63,338 nucleotides of DNA from Actinoallomurus sp. (lineage in GTDB: Bacteria > Actinomycetota > Actinomycetes > Streptosporangiales > Streptosporangiaceae), in the NCBI GenBank assembly GCA_045806665.1, contig JBJMIW010000372.1, forward strand, positions 1 to 63,338, written 5' to 3'. The notes under the pieces were generated by a model. It ran no database searches. It saw nothing but the letters and a program-made list of their open reading frames with translations, and had not been told where the DNA came from. Numbering within the stretch: the stretch's first letter is position 1; every line of letters starts with the position of its first letter. Below, one piece after another: positions 57,324 through 63,338 of this stretch. The position numbers and the translations under genes were made by a program.

Positions 57324-57634
57324 GGCCTTCAGCCTCCAGTATGCGGGGTCCGCTCAACGCCGTGTGCGCACCGTGACGGTGGCCCGGTGAGTCGTCTCGC
57401 GGTCGCGGCCTCAGGCGCCGTCTCCGGCAGGGCTCTGTGGCACCCGCCGGTCGTCGCATTCGGTCGCGCCTTCGCGCGGGAGGGACCAGCCGTCAAGTTC
57501 TTCCTCGGGGTGACCGGGTATGGGGTCGCGCTCTGCAGCGACCGGTCACAGTTCGCCACGCAGTGTAGCTGGCCGGAGCCGAATCCAAAAGCCCCCGCTG
57601 TCCTTGCCAACACCTGCGCGTACGATTTCATTTC

Positions 57635-58279
57635 ATGTCTTCGGCCGGATCACCATCTTTCCCGCAGTCGCGTGCCCTGTACGGCCTGCTGGCATGCGTA
57701 CGGTTGACCGCGTTCGAGCAGCGGGCGGCGGACGCGGCCCGGGCGGCGACGTACGAGGACAAGGTCGTGCTCGCCGGCCTGGCGACCGGGGCCTTCACGC
57801 AGTTCGAGCGGCTGCGCGACCGGCTCATCGAGGCGGGCGCGGACCCGTACGAGGCCATGCGCCCGTACCAGGACGCGATCACCGCGTTCCACGGGCGCAC
57901 GCGTCCGGATGACGCGATGGAGGCCCTGACCAAGGTCTACGTCGCCGACTCGATCCTGGCCGACCTCTACCGGGAGGCCGCCGAGAAGGCCGACCCGGGC
58001 ACGCGTGCGGTGGTCCACGACTCGCTGGCCGATTCCGGTCATGCGGAGATCCTCACGGAGCGGCTCCGCGCCGCCGCGGAGAACGATTCCCGGCTGGCCT
58101 CCCGGCTGGGGCTGTGGGCGCGTCGCCTCGTCGGCGAGGCGCTCAGCCAGGCCCACGCGCTCGCCGAGGGACATCCCGAGGTCGGAGCGCTGTTCGGCGA
58201 GGAGGACGTCGCGACGATGTTCGGCCGGATCGTCGACCGGCACCAGGCCCGGATGCGGGCCGTCGACCTTCGCGACTGA
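57635..58279 (+). CDS. Ferritin-like fold protein (MiaE-like)
   Basis: GLLA..LTAF, FHGRTRP, EALTKVYV.D.I..D.Y, LWARRLVGEALSQA; divergent from the helicase as in relatives. Confidence 0.85.
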   Translation: MSSAGSPSFPQSRALYGLLACVRLTAFEQRAADAARAATYEDKVVLAGLATGAFTQFERLRDRLIEAGADPYEAMRPYQDAITAFHGRTRPDDAMEALTKVYVADSILADLYREAAEKADPGTRAVVHDSLADSGHAEILTERLRAAAENDSRLASRLGLWARRLVGEALSQAHALAEGHPEVGALFGEEDVATMFGRIVDRHQARMRAVDLRD

Positions 58280-58452
58280 CTCGGCCCCGGACCGTGCGTG
58301 GCGTTCCTTCCGGTACCGAACGTATCCAGTAACTTCCCCCTCCTGACGGAGGAGGAAGAAGTTGGGTGATTGGGCGCTTCCCGGCAAGGCGTCCAAGCCG
58401 GGGACGGCGACGAAGGCGGACGTTCCCACGCCCGCGCGCTCCTGACGCACGG

Positions 58453-58482
58453 CGAGGCCCCCGCCGGTGAGCAGGGGCCTCG
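58453..58482. terminator. Hairpin between convergent genes
   Basis: CGAGGCCCC...GGGGCCTCG. Confidence 0.55.
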
Positions 58483-58509
58483 TGGGGGGAATTCGTCAGA
58501 TCGGCTGGA

Positions 58510-58773
58510 TTAGTACACGCCGCGGTGCGAACCCCATCGACCGCGTCCGCTGATCAGCGCGACGCCCGCGGCGGCCACGAGGACCGAGATGATGAAGGCG
58601 ATGATGCTGCCAGCACCGATGGCACTCGCGATGACGCCACCCAGGACCGCCCCGACGATCCCGATCAGGATCGTGAGAGCGATGCCCATCGGGTTCGGGC
58701 CCGGGACGACCAGACGGGCGAGGGCCCCGATGATGGCGCCAATAACGATGAACCACACTATTGTCATCAGCAT
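58510..58773 (-). CDS. GlsB/YeaQ/YmgE family membrane protein
   Basis: IVIGAIIGALARLVVPG..TILIGIVGAVLGG. Confidence 0.9.
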   Translation of the reverse strand: MLMTIVWFIVIGAIIGALARLVVPGPNPMGIALTILIGIVGAVLGGVIASAIGAGSIIAFIISVLVAAAGVALISGRGRWGSHRGVY

Positions 58774-58895
58774 TTCTCAGACCACCTCCTGCCGGATGGA
58801 GTCCGGCGCGCTCCGTATTCGCGCGGTCTGTATGCCCTCGTTCGAGAGACTCATTCCAAGTTCTTGAAAAACTCGGAACCGGCCTGATCACACGG

Positions 58896-59123
58896 TCAGT
58901 ACGAGCCGAAGCCGACGCTCCTCTGCTCCGACTCGGCGATCTCGACGTAGGCGAGCTTGGCCGCCGGCACGACGATCCTCAAGCCGTCCCTGCCACGGAG
59001 CGTGAAGACGCCGCTCTCTTCGGCCACCGCGTCGTTCACCGCACGCTGCACCTCATCCGCGGCCAGCGAGGTCTCGACGACCAGTTCCTTGGCGACCGAC
59101 TGCACACCGATCCGTACCTGCAC
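58896..59123 (-). CDS. DUF3107 family protein
   Basis: VRIGV..KEL..LAYVEI..VGFG. Confidence 0.9.
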   Translation of the reverse strand: MQVRIGVQSVAKELVVETSLAADEVQRAVNDAVAEESGVFTLRGRDGLRIVVPAAKLAYVEIAESEQRSVGFGSY

Positions 59124-59264
59124 GTTGTTCCCTCCGTCGCGGGGCGATGCCACGACCGCCCGAGGCGCACCTCCGGGCCGGCCTGGTCCGACTCACCGGC
59201 ACTATCGCACGGACCGCCGCGAACCGACGCACGGGATCGGCAGGATCGATCGAGCCGCGGAGGC

Positions 59265-59885
59265 TCAGGCGGTGCGCGGGAAACCGCTGATGCCGCGCCA
59301 CTGCAGCCGTGCGATCAGGTGCTCGGCCTGCGCCTTGGGGATCGTGCCGCGCTGCGACAGCCAGTAGCGCGCGCTGACCTCCGCCATGCCGACGAGCCCG
59401 ATCCCGAGGAGATGCGCCTCGTCGCTGGAGACGCCGGTGTCCTCCTGGATGACCTGTGCGATCATCTCGGCGCACTGCTGGTTGGTGCGGTCCACCCGGG
59501 CGCGTACGGGGGCGACGTTGCGCAGGTCGGACTCGAAGACCAGGCGGTACGCCTCGCCCTCCCCGGCCACGAAGTCGTAGAAGGCCTCGATGGTGCGCTG
59601 CACCCGCAGCTTGTTGTCCGGTGTGGAGGCCAGCGCGTCGCGCAGACGCTGGACCAGCCCTTCGGCGTGCTCTTCCAGCAGCGCCAGGTAGAGCTCGAGC
59701 TTGCCCGGGAAGTGCTGGTACAGCACAGGCTTGCTGACGCCCGCCCGTTCGGCGATCTCGTCCATCGCGGCGGCGTGGTAGCCCTGGGCGACGAACACCG
59801 CCTGGGCGGCGCCCAGCAGTTGCCGGCGGCGGGCCAGCCGCGGAAGCCTCGTGCCCCGGGGGCGGGCGTCCGGGGTTGCGGTCAC
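59265..59885 (-). CDS. TetR-family regulator
   Basis: GYHAAAMDEIAERAGVSKPVLYQHFPGK; WRGISGFP. Confidence 0.95.
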   Translation of the reverse strand: MTATPDARPRGTRLPRLARRRQLLGAAQAVFVAQGYHAAAMDEIAERAGVSKPVLYQHFPGKLELYLALLEEHAEGLVQRLRDALASTPDNKLRVQRTIEAFYDFVAGEGEAYRLVFESDLRNVAPVRARVDRTNQQCAEMIAQVIQEDTGVSSDEAHLLGIGLVGMAEVSARYWLSQRGTIPKAQAEHLIARLQWRGISGFPRTA

Positions 59886-60023
59886 CTGAGTTCTCCGATC
59901 ACCTGTCCGGGCGACGCGCCGCGTCGCCCGCTGAGGGCTACCATCCTACGACCGGGTAACGTCCGGCCGTCGGAACCGCCACACCGTCCTGGAGCCGGTG
60001 CCGCCCTGCGGTCGTCATCGCGG

Positions 60024-60203
60024 TCACCGGTACTCGTCCTCGTCGAGGTCGACCTCGAACCCCTGCTCCGCGGCGTCGGCCTCGTTGACCTCGACCGGGA
60101 TCCCGGTCGGCCACTGCCGTCCGCCGTCCCGCACCGCCACGTGCTGCTCGGCGGCGTCGGCCTCGGGAGCCTCGAGGCTCAGTTCGATGTCGTCATCGGG
60201 CAT
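60024..60203 (-). CDS. Small acidic conserved protein
   Basis: Internal repeat EAPEADAAEQ / EVNEADAAEQ; ends DEDEYR. Confidence 0.7.
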   Translation of the reverse strand: MPDDDIELSLEAPEADAAEQHVAVRDGGRQWPTGIPVEVNEADAAEQGFEVDLDEDEYR

Positions 60204-60222
60204 TGCGTCTCCCTGGACAGTG

Positions 60223-61566
60223 TCACAGCTGCTCGGCAAGCTCGCGCAGCACCGGTTCGAATGCCTCGCCGTACGTCGGGAAAGCGTGGACCACATCGGT
60301 CAGAATGCTCAGCGGCGTCTCGGCCCGGATGGCCAACGTGATCTCACTCATCCACTCCTCAGCGTAGAGCCCGACCGCGGCGGCGCCCACGAGAACGCCC
60401 CGGGCCCGGTCGGCGTACAGCTCCACCCGGCCGCGGTCGTCGTCCTCCACGGCGGCGCGGGCGGTCTCGGCCAGGTCGTACCCGGCCGCGACCAGCTCCA
60501 GCCCGCTGGCGGCCAACGGGGAGACGCCCACCGCGTACACCGAGGGCGTCGTGTAGACGGCGCGCGGGATCGCCCGGTAGTCCGCCTCCCGCCGCTTGCC
60601 GAGGACGTTGGAGACGACGACGGCGGCCTGGTAATTCGCCGCGTGGGTGTAGGGGGCGATCCCGGTCACGTCACCGGCCGCCCAGACGTTCGTCGTGTCG
60701 GTGTCCGTTTCGGAGGTCAGGGTGGCCCGGCAGGTCGCGTCGACGGCGATCCCGCCTTCCGGGTCGAACCGGACACCGATCGTCTCAAGGCCGAGGTCCG
60801 CGACGCACGGGCGCCGGCCCGCCGCGATGAGGATGCGGTCGGCGTCGATGTGGTTGCCGTCGGACAGGCGCAGCCGCAGCCCGGTCTCGGTGCGCTCCGT
60901 GCCGGTGGCCGCCACGCCGAGACGCAGGTCGGCGCCCATCCGGCGGAGCGCGTCGGCGAGCAGGTCGCCTACGAAGGGCGCCTCGGCCGCCAGCAGCCGC
61001 TCGGCCGGCTCGACGAGCGTCACCTGGGAGCCGAACGCCGCGTAGATCTGGCTCAGTTCGCAGCCGACCGCGCCGCCGCCGAGGACCACGAGCCGGCGCG
61101 GCAGGTCGGGCCGCATGAGGGCCTCGTCACTGGTCCAGGTCGGCACGTCGTCGATGCCCTCGACCGGGGGCCGCACCGGCTCGCTACCGGTCGCCACCAC
61201 GAGGTCGCCGTAGCCGTACTCGGCGCCGTCGACCTCGACCACGCCGGGACGTACGACCCGGCCGTGGCCGCGCACGACGGTCACCCCCGCCTCGGCCATC
61301 TGGGCGGCGGTGGCCGCGTCGTCGAGATGACGGGTCACCTCGTCCCGCCGTGCGACGGCGTGCTCCCATGTCGCGCCGATCCGGGCCGAGTGCAGCAGCG
61401 TCTTCGAGGGCATGCACGCGAAGTAGGGGCACTCCCCGCCGACCAGGCGGCTCTCCACCAAGGCGACCGACCGGCCCGCCCGCGCGAGCTCGGCGGCGAT
61501 GTCCTTGCCGGAGCCTCCGCCCAGCACAACGACGTCGTAGCGCCTGTCCTGCGCGTCGTCCGTCAC
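60223..61566 (-). CDS. Pyridine nucleotide-disulfide oxidoreductase (Lpd/MerA-like)
   Basis: GGECPYFACMPSK redox disulfide, GGGAVG, AAGDV, HAFPT. Confidence 0.9.
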   Translation of the reverse strand: MTDDAQDRRYDVVVLGGGSGKDIAAELARAGRSVALVESRLVGGECPYFACMPSKTLLHSARIGATWEHAVARRDEVTRHLDDAATAAQMAEAGVTVVRGHGRVVRPGVVEVDGAEYGYGDLVVATGSEPVRPPVEGIDDVPTWTSDEALMRPDLPRRLVVLGGGAVGCELSQIYAAFGSQVTLVEPAERLLAAEAPFVGDLLADALRRMGADLRLGVAATGTERTETGLRLRLSDGNHIDADRILIAAGRRPCVADLGLETIGVRFDPEGGIAVDATCRATLTSETDTDTTNVWAAGDVTGIAPYTHAANYQAAVVVSNVLGKRREADYRAIPRAVYTTPSVYAVGVSPLAASGLELVAAGYDLAETARAAVEDDDRGRVELYADRARGVLVGAAAVGLYAEEWMSEITLAIRAETPLSILTDVVHAFPTYGEAFEPVLRELAEQL

Positions 61567-61716
61567 CTCATCATCCTTCCCATTCCACGCGGCCATGCGC
61601 GTGTCACCTCCGCGGCCGCCACGGCCACCATCCGGTGCCGTGACCACCGCCCACGATTGTGGACCCTCCGATCAATGGTGGCGCACCCGGCGGCTTCCTG
61701 TACGCCCCCTGAAGGT

Positions 61717-62613
61717 TCACGGCAGCTTTTGACGCAGGGTCAACAGCGGTTCCAAGAGGTCGCCGTGCTGCTCGACGCGCTCACGCACCTCGTCGGGCCC
61801 GAACCGGAGCTCCGCACCGGAGTCCACCTCGTCCCAGGTCACCGGCGTCGAGACGGAGGGCTCTTCGGCGGCTCGCAAAGAGTACGGCGCGACCGTCGTC
61901 TTGTGCCGGTTGTTCTGGCTCCAGTCGACGAAGACCTTGCCGGACCGCAGTTTCTTGTCCATCCGGCTGACGACCAGGCGCGGATGCTCCTTCTCGAGCC
62001 TGCGCGCCGCCTCCTTCGCGTACGCCGAGGTGTGCCGGTCCGAGGTCTCCTTGACGGGGACGTACAGGTGCAGGCCCTTCTTGCCGCTCGTCTTGGGGAA
62101 AGACCGGAGCCCGCCGGCCTCGAGCACGTCCCGCAGGAGGCAGGCGACCTCGCGCGCGTCCTCGATGGTGGCGGGCGGTCCGGGGTCGAGGTCGAACACC
62201 AGCAGGGCCGGCTCGCCTTCGCCGCCCCGCGGGCCGACCCGCCACTGCGGCACATGGAGCTCCAGGGCGGCCAGGTTCGCGCACCAGACAAGGGTCGGCA
62301 GATCGTCGATGACCACGAAGTTGACCGCCTCGCGGCTCCCGCCGGGCGTCGGCAGACAGGCCGTGCGCACCCAGTCGGGGGTGTGGGCGGGCGCGTTCTT
62401 CTCGAAGAACACCTGTCCCTCCACGCCGTCGGGGTAGCGCAGCCGCGTCGCCGGACGGTCCTTCACGTGGGGGAGCATGGCCGGAGCGATCCGCGCGTAG
62501 TAGTCGATGACCTCTCCCTTGGTGAAGCCGTGCCGGGGGTACATGACCTTGTCGAGGTTGGACAGCGTCAGCCGCACGCCGTCCACCTCGACCGTCGTCC
62601 TGCCGCCGCTCAA
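61717..62613 (-). CDS. ligD: LigD primase-polymerase domain protein (NHEJ)
   Basis: SNLDKV, RYPDG, FFEK, FDLDP, KTSGKKGLH, DWSQN, APYSLR. Confidence 0.93.
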   Translation of the reverse strand: MSGGRTTVEVDGVRLTLSNLDKVMYPRHGFTKGEVIDYYARIAPAMLPHVKDRPATRLRYPDGVEGQVFFEKNAPAHTPDWVRTACLPTPGGSREAVNFVVIDDLPTLVWCANLAALELHVPQWRVGPRGGEGEPALLVFDLDPGPPATIEDAREVACLLRDVLEAGGLRSFPKTSGKKGLHLYVPVKETSDRHTSAYAKEAARRLEKEHPRLVVSRMDKKLRSGKVFVDWSQNNRHKTTVAPYSLRAAEEPSVSTPVTWDEVDSGAELRFGPDEVRERVEQHGDLLEPLLTLRQKLP

Positions 62614-62708
62614 CGCTTCTCCTCGGGGGGCTCACCCGCTCACGCGGGTCCGGCCCGCGCGCGTTCGTCCAGGGGCCATCTCCCCGGCGGCGCGGGTTTC
62701 AATCCCGG

Positions 62709-63338
62709 TCAGGACTCCGCGCGCACCTCTTCGGGATTCAGGTCGGGACGCAGGCCGCGCCAGGACGCGTGCAGCAGCATCCCGTCCAGGGTCCAGCGGG
62801 CGAACTCGACCTCGCCGACGAGCCATGGCTCGACCCAGCGCGCCTTGCGGGCGTACTCGCGGGGGACCTCCGCGGCGTACGGACTGGTGGATCGCTCCAA
62901 CGGAGTGAGGATCTTGTGGAGGTCGTCCAGCGCGGCGTCCGTGAATCCGGTTCCGACGTGCCCGACGAAGCGGAGGCCGACGTCCTCGTAGACGCCGAGC
63001 AGCAGGGATCCGACGCCGCCCTCGCGGCGCCCCTGGCCGGCCTTCCAGCCGCCGATGACGACGTCCTGCGTACGGAAGTTCTTGATCTTCCGCCAGAACT
63101 CGACCCGCCGGCCCGGCCGGTACGGGGAGTCCAGCCGTTTGGCGATCAGTCCCTCCAGGCCCTGCTCCTTCGTGTAGTCGAGCAGTTCCTGGACCTGCTC
63201 CACGGCCGAGCCGGGCAGGTAGGGCGGGGCCTCGATGGGGCCGGCCGCCAGCTCGAGCTCGTCGAGCAGGGCACGCCGGTCACGGTACGGCATGTCGTAC
63301 AGGGGATACCCGTCCAGATACACCAGGTCGAAGGCGAC
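62709..63338 (-). CDS. ATP-dependent DNA ligase, LigD ligase domain (5' partial)
   Basis: AFDLVYLDG, EGLIAKR..YRPG, KIK, GHVGTGF, RGLRPD. Confidence 0.92.
   Translation of the reverse strand, partial: VAFDLVYLDGYPLYDMPYRDRRALLDELELAAGPIEAPPYLPGSAVEQVQELLDYTKEQGLEGLIAKRLDSPYRPGRRVEFWRKIKNFRTQDVVIGGWKAGQGRREGGVGSLLLGVYEDVGLRFVGHVGTGFTDAALDDLHKILTPLERSTSPYAAEVPREYARKARWVEPWLVGEVEFARWTLDGMLLHASWRGLRPDLNPEEVRAES

Noticed and set aside
60223-61566. Mercuric reductase merA
   Set aside because: No C-terminal Cys-Cys pair and no mer operon context
59998-62991. 997-aa + strand ORF
   Set aside because: Antisense shadow of the oxidoreductase and ligD genes; no motifs; typical of high-GC DNA

Overview
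High-GC actinomycete chromosome; a Streptosporangiales-like host is inferred from gene content. The backbone is the conserved actinobacterial run fdxA-dapC-dapD-dapE-LOG-folP2-DivIVA-like-tag-DUF3117-leucyl aminopeptidase-O-methyltransferase-sigE/rseA/rseB-like/htrA/tatB-mrp-mgtE-like-citE-PHP-RecB-like nuclease-DEAD helicase-DUF3107-TetR, ending in split ligD genes. A ~12.5 kb accessory block (about 17.25-29.8 kb) begins exactly where a second LOG-like gene breaks off after 12 codons. It carries (i) an ECF sigma/zinc anti-sigma pair divergent from a seven-gene Asp23/AmaP envelope operon that includes a mini HPD (J-domain-like) protein, and (ii) an apparently intact four-gene Wadjet type II (jetABCD, TIGR02677-80) anti-plasmid system. 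The most unusual pattern I found is three intergenic arrays of degenerate tandem copies of the adjacent gene's last codons plus stop codon (at 4.6-4.8, 13.1-13.2 and 52.4-52.6 kb). Other oddities: three open but motif-degenerate enzyme homologues (mini CysRS-like, shortened FolP2, MBL fold), a CTG-initiated DEAD-box helicase, a nested 42-bp palindrome and a mosaic of gene fragments at 32.1-33.3 kb. No rRNA, tRNA, CRISPR array, integrase or transposase was recognised. All family calls come from motif recognition and synteny, not database searches.
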